Shown here: in pieces, positions 51,572 through 64,000 of the stretch
Numbering within the stretch: the first letter of the stretch is position 1
Layout: every line of letters starts with the position of its first letter
Assembly: GCF_001194135.2 (NCBI RefSeq)
Contig: NC_069001.1
Coordinates: 39,800,080-39,864,079, forward strand
Direction: 5' to 3'
Length of the DNA: 64,000 bases
Origin: Octopus bimaculoides
Taxonomy: Eukaryota
Program-made: the position numbers and the translations under genes
Notes under the pieces: generated by a model
What the model was told of the DNA's origin: nothing
What the model saw: only the letters and a program-made list of their open reading frames with translations
The model's database searches: none

Positions 51572-54470
51572 AGTGATCTTCTGCACAGTTTCTGTCTAGC
51601 AAATTCTAATATGGCATTGGTCAAGCTAATGCCATGGTGCATGAAATTTGTCCAAAGTGCTGCTGCTCTGAGGAATGGAACTACTTGATCATGAAATGAA
51701 TTTCTTAGCCATTCAGTCACATCTACATTTAGAGTTAATAGAATTTAATTTTATTCACGTCATATATTGGAAAGTTTCAATATAATAATAATAGTAATAG
51801 TAATAATAATGATAATAATAGTAATAATAATAATGTTCGCTTCCTAAAGTTCCGAGCAATATTATTGTATCTAAATTGTAGTGGGAGAAATTGAAAAGAA
51901 TTGTTTTATATTATTAAATAAAAATGTCTATTTTTTTGGTTTAAAAGAAAGGAAGATATAACATTGACCCTCAAAGATCTTTTATTGAAGAAAAATTATT
52001 TTTGATTTATACAAAATGTTCCAACCTGTTTGATTCCTTTGATGGCTGTTGAAGCCTTTGAAGAAAGGTGAAAAATGTGTGGTTGGACAATATCTGTGAT
52101 ATGACATTATGTTAGGAACTGGCTCATCAGAGATGTTCAGCCATATATACATGTTTCAGTTCTAGTGTTGCTCATATTGCCTGCGGTGAAGCCATTAGAA
52201 GCCATACAGCTAAAACATGAAATGTAATCATAAATGTTACACTAGAAACTATATCACTTTTTTCATTCAGCAAATTTATTGAAATTACTATTTATTTTTA
52301 TCTTTATTTATTGTAGGGGCAAAAAAAAAATATAACAAAATTTTTAAGAAATCTAATACCAAATAATTCTAGTTGGATCTGTAGAAATGTAGATACCAAA
52401 TAAATATTCTGTAGACAAAAAAAGGACATCTAAATAATTATCAAAGATTTTGGCAATTTTATTTAAATAACTTTTTTTTCTGAAAGACCTTTTATTTTCT
52501 ACTACTACTACTATATTTGCTGCTGAATTACCAGTCTCTATAAGTTGCGTGATCATTAGAAATGTATATATGTATTCACACACAAACAATATTTGTATAT
52601 GTTCTCACATTTATGTACATCGTATACATATAGTTGTATATTATATATACATAAATGGATATAGTTGATATGTGTTTATATTTTTATTATACATATATAG
52701 CATACACTAAATATATATATGTGTGTGTGTGTGTATTTGTACTGTAATGTGTGTTTGTGTACATCTATGTATTTGTGTGTGCATATATATATATACAATG
52801 TGTACACAGACATATACATTAATACGCACACACACACATATGTACACTTATATAATACATACATATATTGAGTAATATATATATATATATATATGCGTGT
52901 GTGTGTGTGTGTGTGTGTGTGCACATATGTAATACATATGTATATTTGTGTGTGTGTATGTATGTATATATATATATATATATATATATACATACACATG
53001 TGCACTTATATAATATGTATGTATGAATATATATGTGTGTGTGCGCATATATATTTTTTACAAGGTGACTAACATCAGTGGTTTGCCAAATCTGGCTTTT
53101 CATAGATGTGTGTATGTATACATTTATATATATATACATATATGCATATGTATACATTTATATATATGTTCATATCTGTATATAGAGTGTGTGATTATAT
53201 ACATGTGTGTGTACATGTATGTATGTGTATATATGTATATGTATGTATGTATATGCATATATACATATATAGGCAATTTGATGTTGTTTGTTGTGAAGAT
53301 TTCTGAAAGGTTAAACAAGCGACCACTTTCTGAAACAACATGAAATCTGCCCTGCCAAAATATGCCTGCCTACCTGACAAGCTAGTAAGACATTAAACAT
53401 AAACATACTACACACATTTCAAATATATACTCATCTGACTTTTATTTCAGGAATAATTCCACTTATAAATGTTTCTCCCAATATTAGTGAGAAATCACCA
53501 TCCAATGAGAATTATTATTTAAAAAAAAAAAGTGAAAAAAAAAAACATCCAAAATGCTGAATGCTCCCGCAGAAAAAAAAAATGTGGAGCTTTTGCTAAG
53601 AAATAAACAAAAAAAAAAGAGGCTGTGATTGTAATTTAATGAAATAATTAATCAATTAATCTACTTCCATTAATATTGCCTAGTAACTCTGTGTAACAGA
53701 ATTGTTTTTATCTGGAAATTTTAATGGATGTTAATTATTTAAAATTTGAATGGTCCTTTTCCATTAATTGTCCTAAAACAGTCACTCTCCTTAGAGTCCA
53801 AAATTTGATGAAATATTTCCTCTCAAAATGGTTAGTTATGATTTTTTATATGTATCTATATAATTATCTTAATTAACTGTTCTACTAATTGGTGTGTTCT
53901 TATTGTATTATATTACAATCTCCTTTTTATTTCCCTATCCTACAACTATTTCACTCTAACCTGTTTTATGCATTATGGAGTGAGCAACATGGGGACATAC
54001 TAAACTCCAAACTATAAATATTATTAAATAAGATACAAATAAAAGTTAAAAAATAGTTTAAAAAAAAAAAATGAAAGGTTTAAAGAGAAAGGCACAAAAA
54101 AAAAGGAGAGAATAGAATTGAGTCTAACTTTATTTGGTGGTTTCAGTGCAGACATTGTCCAAATGCAGTCAACATATTTCTCCATTAACGGTGAATTCTT
54201 CAGTATAAAATCTACAGCATTAAATAAGTCCTATTCAACTCTGTCATTCCTAAACTTCACTTCTGTTAATATTTTATTCTACCCTATGCACAACTAACTA
54301 TATCTTAATCAATTCAATCTAAGATTGATGAATAATTTAGAAGTTTTAATAACTTACAAAACCAATTCTTTACTGTCTTCATTCAATTGACTTCCCAGCA
54401 TGCAATAGGTAATGTGGTTCAAGTCACCAACCTAATTAAAATAAATAGCAGCTTTATTTCTAAATTATTA

Positions 54471-54502
<32 letters not shown>

Positions 54503-54605
54503 GTTGTTGTTGTTGTTGCTATTGTTGTTGTTTCCATTATTTCTTCAAACAATAACTTAACAAAAAACAATTGATATTACTAATTTTATTACATTTATGT
54601 GTGTA

Positions 54606-54656
<51 letters not shown>

Positions 54657-55128
54657 GTGTTCACTTTATATCTATTTTTCTATACTTCCATGGGTAAGAC
54701 AAATATATATTATTGAGGCATTGTATGTGCATATGTATATGTATAAATATGTGCATATTTGAGTCCCAGTGAATGTGATTGTGTATAACTTTATATATAT
54801 ATATATATATATATGGAGTCATAAACATATGATGAACTTCATTTCTTTGTCATTCGTGTGTCACTTGTTTCTGTGGGCTTCCCCCCACCCACCCACCACC
54901 ATCATAGACATCGTAATCTCCTCTGTCTACTGATATCAAGCAACTGCCTTGTTCTGATTCGAATAAACTTGACAAACACTGACAAATGAAGAATGCATTT
55001 TCTCCATCAAACTGAGAATCTGGCAATGAATGATTAGCATGTGCAGAGAGGCTTCCTTTGGTATCTGACATCTTTCTAGGGTCTGAGTGTTGTAACATTT
55101 TGTTCCAACAAGCAATACAATATATGTA

Positions 55129-55203
<75 letters not shown>

Positions 55204-55211
55204 ATATGTAC

Positions 55212-55251
<40 letters not shown>

Positions 55252-56030
55252 ACATGTGTGTGTGTATATATATATATTATATGTGTGTGTGTATATGTAT
55301 ATATACGTACATGTATATATCTATGCATATGCAGACATATTACCTGTGTGTGTGTGTATATATATGAATATATAATTTCATTTGCTATAAAGTAAAACAC
55401 GTCACTGCCAAAATGCTAACTTTATATCATTGTTAAATATTTATATATATATACACACACACACACACATTATTATATAATATATATATACACACATTAT
55501 ATATAATATACATACACATGTGTATATATGTATATAGATATATGCTGAACTTGATGTTAGCAGCCAGGGAAAGGAAACGCAGTTGTGTGTGTGTGTGTAT
55601 ACATATCATTTCCTGTTAACGAATCATCTGCTGGTCTTGTGCCTTCAAATATGGGCAAAATTAAAGAGTTACCAACAGAATGGACTCTAACTGTAAAATA
55701 GTGCCTCAATAATCTCCTAACCCATGCTAGCATGGAAAAGCAGATATAGAAATAATTAAATGAAGCAATTTATGTGTGCATGTGTGTGTGTGTTTACATA
55801 CATTTATTCATGCACATGTATGTATGCATGAGTGTGTATATATACACTCATTCACACATCAATATATTTGTAAAGAAATATTTATAAATTGTATACTAAA
55901 CGTGTGGATTTGATGTATTATATATCATCAGTGATATATATATATATATATATCATTGGTATATTAATAGTTTTATATATCAATGGTCAATTGTCTGTAA
56001 AATATTGTCATTGATATGTATATATATATG

Positions 56031-56061
<31 letters not shown>

Positions 56062-56249
56062 CCTAATATTGAACAGTGAGAATGGGTGCTCAACACCACA
56101 TTGGTGAATAAATGTTCTCATCCAAGCTGGAAACAATTACCAATGTTCCTAAATGGCAGTTGATAACTGTTGAGAGATTTCTTCTTTCATGAAGCCATTG
56201 GTAAATGGGATTAACATAGAAATAATGTGTGTGTGTGTGTCTCTATATT

Positions 56250-56291
<42 letters not shown>

Positions 56292-58975
56292 GGTGTATGT
56301 ATGTATCTATCTATCTATATATAGCCATTATCATAATTGGTGTATTGTACACCATCATTGGTATATTGTACATATCATCATCATTCCAAAAAAGTTAATT
56401 GTAATTGTTAAGCATTCTTTATCAGTTGCGCTCCACTTCACTAGATTTAAAAATCTTCTACATCCTCTAATGGCTATGATACTGATCACGAAATAAGATT
56501 ATTCTTGAGAAAAAGAAATTTTTTTGACAAAAACATTGATAATATTTGTGTCTAGATTATCTCCTCAATGTATTTTAATTACTTATTTTCAATTTTACCA
56601 GTAAACATAAAAATTAAGGGAAGTTAATAGTTTTCTCCTAAGACCTTTCTCATTTCTTCTTGTATTCTCCTTACATAGAAATTGTGGAAAGTATTTTCCC
56701 TGATTCTCTTCACAATATATTTCTGCAAATTTCTTGTTTTATATAATGTTTGTATGGTGATTTCCTGTTCTGTTTTTCACATTTACTATTTCACATGACA
56801 CACTTCCATAAAACATAGCACACTTGAAGTTTCTGTCTAGTAAGGAGAAAAGCTCTGCTAAAATGTAGGGTCTGGGATCTTGCTCTTCTGCATTTCAGTC
56901 CTGTTTGGGATTGTCTTGACGTCCCCTCCCCTTAAATTTCATGAAAAAATAAGTTATAGTGAAATAAGTAATCAAATTGATCAGGCATAAAAGTGGCACC
57001 CACTCAACTTCTAGGGTAAAGTCAATAAAAAGAGGTCCAATTATGGCCATTTAATTTTAGGTTTCTATCAGAAATAACAATAGAAAATTGTTATTATTAT
57101 GTAACATAATTTTTTGTTCCTTTGTTATTTATTTAATCTCTTATAATGCTCTTTACTCAGCTAACACTTTTCTCTGAAGCATATATATACTGAATTTTAA
57201 CTTTAGATCATTAGTATTGCCATGCCTAAGTGAATATATATATACAACTGGGGTTGATGCCTATATATATATAATATATACATATATATGTGTGTGTGTG
57301 AGACACTTGTAGAAACCTCAATAAATGTCACTTGAATAATATTGAATAATAATAATAATAATAGGAGCAACAGCAGATTCTAAGTATCTAGATTTAACCC
57401 TTTTAAATCCCATAAAAGTAAGACTTGCAGATAGAAAGTTTATAAGAATCATATTGTTCTTGTGTCCCACCCTTGATTTCTCAAAATTCTTGATAATTTT
57501 CTACAGTTGGCGAGTTTCTTTGTTTATTGTTTCTATAAAAAAAAAAGAGGTGACAGTTAAATGAATAGAAAAAACAGTTTATGATGTTTTTCAAAACTTC
57601 ATTTGTCTTTCTTCCTTCCAGAATTAGCAACATAAGGACAAATTAATATACAGTAGATTTAATATTTTAAGTTAGGTCAGTCGAAAACCCTAACCTAATA
57701 CAGAGATTATTTAGCTACTAGATTTATCTTCACTATAAAAGGATTATATGAAGTCAGTCAGCTTTAAAATCTAGCATTAATTTAACAAAGGAGGAGATAA
57801 GGAATTATTAAAATATGACGTAAATAGATTTAATGTTTATGAAAGTTCTTGTTTGTTCTACAACAGCAATAATCCTTAGAAGGACCTCATTGATTGGAAT
57901 GATTTAAGATTTTATTGGGTGTTTATTGAAATAAATAACTGATACACTTAATAGAAGTAAAATAAATGTAAGTAAAAAATATATTAAATTTGAATGTGTA
58001 TTTCATTTTTAAATTCCTTTAATTTTCACAACTTTCTCCGTAACTTTATTTTAATTTCCAATTAGTTAATGAACAAAAGCTCTTACAGGGTAACATATAA
58101 CTTTGTTTTTATATAATTCCACTCTCATATACACACATCTATATAGTCACATGTAAATGGATGTATTTAATAAATATATGGAACAAGGCAGTAGGTATTA
58201 ATTAGCCACAAAAGATTCATTTTTTTCTTTGTCTTTCATGAATGAAGGTGCTTTAACTTCATTAAAATCTAGAACAATCAATTGAAAAGTTAATTAGCTG
58301 AGAAAATTAGGTTTGTTGCGTTTTGATTATTTAATTCTTCAATAGATGAGGTTTTAATGCTTCATTGTCATAATCATGGACAATGTTGGATAGTTTTCTA
58401 TGAACACATTTTAACTGAGGTAATTAATAACTGTAATTAATTAATAACTGTAATTAAAATAGTCATTTGCTTTAGTTCTAAATTCTCGCAGCACGGTTTT
58501 GGTTGTGATGACTAAAACAAACTGAAGAATATTATTCTGTTTATTACGAAAGAAAATAACAATCTTAACCTCAAATCTCATTTATTTACATCTCCTGGGA
58601 TTTTCCTTTCACCCCCACCCCCACCTAGTTATGTCTTGCCTAAACTTGTACTCCTGTTAAACTGGACCAGAGGTTTAGTTTTATTTTTGTTTAGTATTTT
58701 CTACCTCCTTTGGTGTGTGTGTGTGTGTGTGTGTGTTTAGTGAGTGTATATATTGAAAGAAGCCCATTTCACTGCCAGACATGTTTACATGTACCACGCA
58801 AACTGTCTTCTTTTAGAATTAAGGACTTGCACATTTGTAAGTGTGCTTCTTGTATCTAGATTCTTAATATATAGGATGTTGTACTTGGGTATGTAATAAT
58901 TATAGAAAATCGATCACTTTGTTACAAGTTTCACCCAAGCTTGAATAGAAAGGTCCAATATAAATAACAGGAGTT

Positions 58976-59182
58976 CTACGAACCATTTTACTTGTTGGCA
59001 AATCATAGATTAAGGTCAACATACCATTCTATATGTTGGTAATGCAGAGATGAAATCAGCATTCTATTCTGTATGTTGCTGAGATATATATGAGATCAAC
59101 ATACCATTCTTGTATATTGGTGAATCAGATATGAGAATCAATCTAATATTCTATATGTTGGTGAGATATATATGAGATCGAC
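58976..59182. repeat. Minisatellite of about 40-bp units (4 full copies plus 1 degenerate)
   Basis: Units start at 59016, 59056, 59096 and 59138, with consensus tcaacataccattctatatgttggtgagatatatatgaga. Confidence 0.85.
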
Positions 59183-61662
59183 AAGCTTACAACTGGAAAA
59201 ATTATTGGCTTGTCTTAAGAGAAATACTATCAACTTTGTAGTTGAGCTGTCTTGACAAAGAGCCTCAGAGTAAAAGATTAGTTTCCCTTTCCACCTGGCA
59301 ATTACAATTTATTACCCACCCACTCTCAACACATACATTTCCTTTCTGTTAGTTAATGACAAAAAAGATTATTTAGAAAAAAATGTCTCCTTGTTCAAAC
59401 TCTCAAGTCATTGCTACAAGTGTATAACTAGACTCAATTATAATTAATAATAATTTGAAATGGTAATAGATAATGATAAATTGTTTTCAGATTTGTTATG
59501 TTTAAACATTTTAATGATGAGAAATATGATTAGCTTGATTGATTAGATCTGAAGATAAAATATAATGCAACAAGTCACATATTATTTTTCAATATCTTCA
59601 GAATATTGATAGAGAACCAGTTCACACTTCATGCATCTCAGTCAGAAAGAAAGGAGTTTTCGAAAGAACAAAGATTAAAACTTTACTTTCCTGTGCAAAT
59701 CAGACTCGAATCAACTCCATCGTTATCTATAGCAGCGGATAACTTTCAACTTGTTTGTTTGAAATCTGATTAACATTTCAAAGTAAAATTTAATCTGAAA
59801 TTTGAAACCCAAACTTCTGTGATAACATTATTTTGATTAACATAAAAATGTGATTTCAGATTTTGTTCCATTTTATAAGAAACCTTTCCAAAAGAAATAC
59901 CATTTACTTTCTTAATTAATTACTACCATTTTAAGTTATTATTCATTATACTTAGAGAGATTATTACTCTTTCATATTTAAGTACTCACACAGAATCTAC
60001 TTTGGCTTTTCAATTCCCAAAACACTGCATTGTGGACAAATTGATTTAGAAAGATTTTTTTCTCAACTTTCCTTTCTTCACATTTCAAACGAACTCTGTT
60101 GTCTTCTTAATACAACAATAAAAACAAATACAGCCAAAATAATAAAAATAAATTTACTGAATTCTTTTTTTTTAATATATAATTACAGATATTCTATATT
60201 GTAGATATTAAACAAATACATTTTAATTTTGTATGTAATGCATTGTAATTATAATTAATTGTTACTTTCTCTGTGCATATGTTTAATGTGTTTGCAGATT
60301 TTAAATAATTAAATTATATGTTAAAATGTTAAAAAAGTAAATGTTTTACTTTCAAAAAAGTTGTTTGAGAACACTTTGATTGTTATTATTGCAAAAATTT
60401 TATCAGCAGATTTTTGTTTGCGTTGATGTCTTGTAATGGGCAGAAATTTTAAACACTAACAAGGAACTAATTTAACAAAAATTTCAGTTTTTCAGATTTT
60501 TTTTTTCTAACAATAAGGTTTTAGTGTCCAAAACATTAAAACATGTTTGATTGTTAAATAACCAAGCAAGCCTGTGTTAGCTCTCATTTATTTGACTTTA
60601 AATCATAGTTTGGGGTTTGGAAACAAGAGTTTTCTTTTTTATCTCTTTGTTCCAGAATAAAGTGGAAATGATAATATTTATAAAAATATTGTATGATGCG
60701 TGAGAGAAAGAAATGCTTGTATTTGGGTATCTGAGCCTGAGAGGATGGAAATATTTTCAATAAGTTATGAAACAATTCTGTTTTCCCTTCCAGTTTTCAC
60801 ATTTCACTCTTATCTAGATTTATCTTAGATGGAAACATTCAAATGATAAATAATTAAAATTTATTAACTTTTCTGACTGTCGTTATTTCTAATTATACAC
60901 ACTCTTCAAATCTTTCTCAATAATTCTTACATTCCAACGGAGTGAAGTCAAGGCTTGCCAAACTTCATTGTTAGACCAAGTTATGTCTGTTGTTAAACTA
61001 TTCACTTTACTGACACACACACACACGTGCACACGTATTATATATATATATATGTATGTATGTATATATATGTATATATATTTATACTCACACACACACA
61101 CATCAAAATACATGACATGTGTTTGTTTGCGGACCAGTTTACAAGAGTGTTCAGTAAATTCAAATAAAAATATCAAAATTAGAGCATAAAGGGTGTAAAC
61201 AAAGGGACACAGAAACAAATTAAGCGATACATATTAATGTTTTTTGTTTTTAATGTGTGTCTCTCACTTTGGTTTCCTGTCTCCTATTGTTCTCCTGTTT
61301 CCTATTGTTCTCATAGACATATAGGCACATGCCTATATATACATGTATCACTATATATAAACATTCATATATGTGCATCTGTTTAAGTGTATGTATATGA
61401 TTATTTATATATCTAGCATTATTATAACTGTTTTGCTTCTGCTTCTATTAAATATTTCATCAGACGTCTCAAAGTAAACCTTTTCTATGCAAACTCCTAA
61501 CAAAGCAGCTGTCTCGCAGATAGACTAGCATCCGAGGCATCTAAGGCATTTGTCAACATATAACTGTTGTTTATGGCTGACATTTTTATATATATAAGTC
61601 GACAACAATGCGCGTACTCGAATGGGTGTGTGCACATTTATGCACATGTGTGTGTGTGTGTT

Positions 61663-61724
<62 letters not shown>

Positions 61725-61762
61725 TACATTTATACACATATACATATGAATGTGTGTATGCA

Positions 61763-61794
<32 letters not shown>

Positions 61795-64000
61795 CATATA
61801 TACTCTTATACATAAACACATGCACATAACATTTTAAGTCCTATAATCATAAGTGGATTATTCACTGTTATAATTTCAAAAACTCCAATAACTATGGCTG
61901 TGCTACTAAACCACAGTCCACAACATACAGTGTCAACACAGCCATGTTGTGGACTCTACCAACAAATGATGGCACACACACAATAGCCCCCCCCCCCTCA
62001 ACAACTATGGACCACATGTCTGCATAGGACATGGAACTTTATCTGAAGATTTTCTTCTAGATCTTTTGCTCACTCTCTTTTTTCTTTTTATCTGTGGAAG
62101 ACAGGCATGATTTTCCCCCAACTGCTTGTAGTGGTTTCTTGTTAAGACTACACTATACCTATTGCAGTTTCCTGCTAAAACTCTACTTCCCCACCTCTAA
62201 TTTCTCATTTCGAAAAAGGTAAAAACTGTAAAAGGTCTGAGGAAATCAAACAAATGCCCTAATTACATAAGGGTGCTCTGTATATTAGTACCTGAAAATG
62301 ACTTTGTTTATATTCATTCTAATTTTCTTTAAAATAAAATATTAAAGATGTTAACTGTGTCGGTTTTTTGTTGTTTCTTCATTTTGATTTTGTGGATGTT
62401 TCTTTGAAATAATCTCACTGCAATCTATGTTCTCCAGTATAACCACAACAATGTCTGCTAAAACCAAACGATTAAACATTCAATCTGAATTGCCATACCT
62501 GAAGAATTATTTTACTTGAAAAGAGAATCTTTTTCAACTGATTGCTTCACAAGAAGTTGATTTATTTATTCAAAGAAGAGTGAAATCACAGTTAATTAAT
62601 TTCTCTAATTGAGCACTTATCTCTATTCATTAGAGATATAGACTCCTTCAAGTAGTCTTTGTTTTTTGTTTTGTTTTGTTTTTAGCTTTATGCATCTCAC
62701 CCCCAACCTTCCAATGCAATATAACCTCATACAATGGTGGACTGGGCAGGATTTTGAAATCAAGCCTCTACCGAAGCAGGATTTGACCTCAGAATATTGA
62801 AAGCCTAAACAAATTCCCACTCAAATGGCTCAGCCAGTTCCAGTATGTGGTGAGTATATCACTTCAGTTGTGTATGGTGGGGAGTGCATTATTCCAGATG
62901 TGATGACTGCATCATTACAGGTGTGTATATGTCTTTTTCAGGTGTGTTATAGTGAATACATTGTTACAGGTGTATGGTCAAGGAGAAGAGGACACTCTAG
63001 TAGCAGTCAGAGAGAGAGGACACAGCATTATAGAGTAGATGCGAGATGCTCAATGTGACCAGTTTGAATGCTAAATGGTTTCAAACGCAGGCAATGTGGT
63101 ACCAGAACCTACTTCAAATGTTGGACTGCACTATCCCCAAGGAACTCTCCTAGTGAAAGCACATCCTTAGATACAGCATGGACTGCACCCTATCAAATGG
63201 CTCTTCTCTTCAGAACCAGAAGATACTTCACCGCCACTCCACCCCCAACAAGACTACCTACAAAACCCAGTAAAGGTCCACATTGCTCCTACATCTGAAA
63301 TGCTATTACTGCACACACAGATTATAGCCTACATCCACAAAATGGCCATCTGACTGAGTGGTATCAGTCATCCGAACATCTTCCTCCCACCTCTGGTTCA
63401 TAGTTTGCTGTCTCCTCCCTCTACTTTTCAACAATTATACTATTATGGCCTCTGCTTCTCACATTTGGCTGGGTCTGTGTTAACCTCAGACATCTGTCAA
63501 CCACTCACCTCTCCTCATTGTGTCCCTTCTATACTAGCCCCTAAAATCTAGTTTTCCTTCCCAGAATTTCCTCCTTGCTCCCAGCATCTATTTCACCAAT
63601 TTCAAAGGGCCTACAAAGGCTATGGGTTCTACCCCTTCCTCCAAGCATTTAGCAAAATGTACGAAAGATTAATTTAAGCCTAATGATAACATTAATCACT
63701 TGAGGACGGGTGGAAGCTTGGATCATCTCTTCAATCTGAATCCTGTAAAATAAAAAAAAAGTATGTAATCACAGAAATTGCAGTTTATAATGTGTCATCA
63801 GTTTTGGATTTGAAACAATATATTGCAGACTTTGACACAAAAGAGAAAACCTTCAAATTACTACAAAAATTTAGTCAAAAGCATGCCTGGCACCCATCGC
63901 TACTACATTAAAGTAAAGAGGTACCATACCCTAGTATGGGTATGCTGTTTGTAAATTGTTCTCATATTATCTGTTTATTTTAATAAAATATATATTCCAC

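Noticed and set aside
54850-55098. Minus-strand 82-aa ORF in a non-repetitive patch between microsatellites
   Set aside because: No recognisable domain and no convincing pair of splice sites; may be an old transposon fragment.
59016-59182. CRISPR-like array of hairpin repeats
   Set aside because: Eukaryotic context, no unique spacers, no cas genes; it is a tandem minisatellite.
62825-63298. Two short plus-strand ORFs near the window end
   Set aside because: No recognisable protein motifs or consistent splice structure; likely decayed repeat sequence.

Overview
AT-rich, microsatellite-dense animal genomic DNA with seven N gaps. The SINE/LINE families and repeat load suggest an octopus or other coleoid cephalopod (inference). 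The window holds the 3' end of one + strand gene, a Cav2-type (presynaptic, N/P/Q-like) voltage-gated calcium channel alpha1 subunit. I can join six exons in frame: 14543-14655, 15645-15762, 20061-20162, 25020-25145, 31932-32247 and 45506-46377. Together they are 1647 nt, 548 aa plus stop, ending in ...DSDEDDDWC*. The upstream channel and IQ exons were not found. The most interesting signal is the 102-nt phase-0 exon 20061-20162, which the ORF track reads in the wrong frame. It encodes LYENPKYK, a near copy of the APP GYENPTYK PTB-ligand/endocytosis motif, plus a second GYVNRSF motif. If the exon is a skippable cassette, splicing could switch a Mint/X11 PTB or endocytic signal on and off in a tail that already ends in the Mint/RIM PDZ ligand DDWC. 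Introns and flanks carry decayed maT (DD37D), mariner, hAT MITE, Helitron, Penelope, RTE and CRE-like elements and many SINEs. All exon calls are from sequence alone, with no transcript evidence, and novelty could not be checked against databases.
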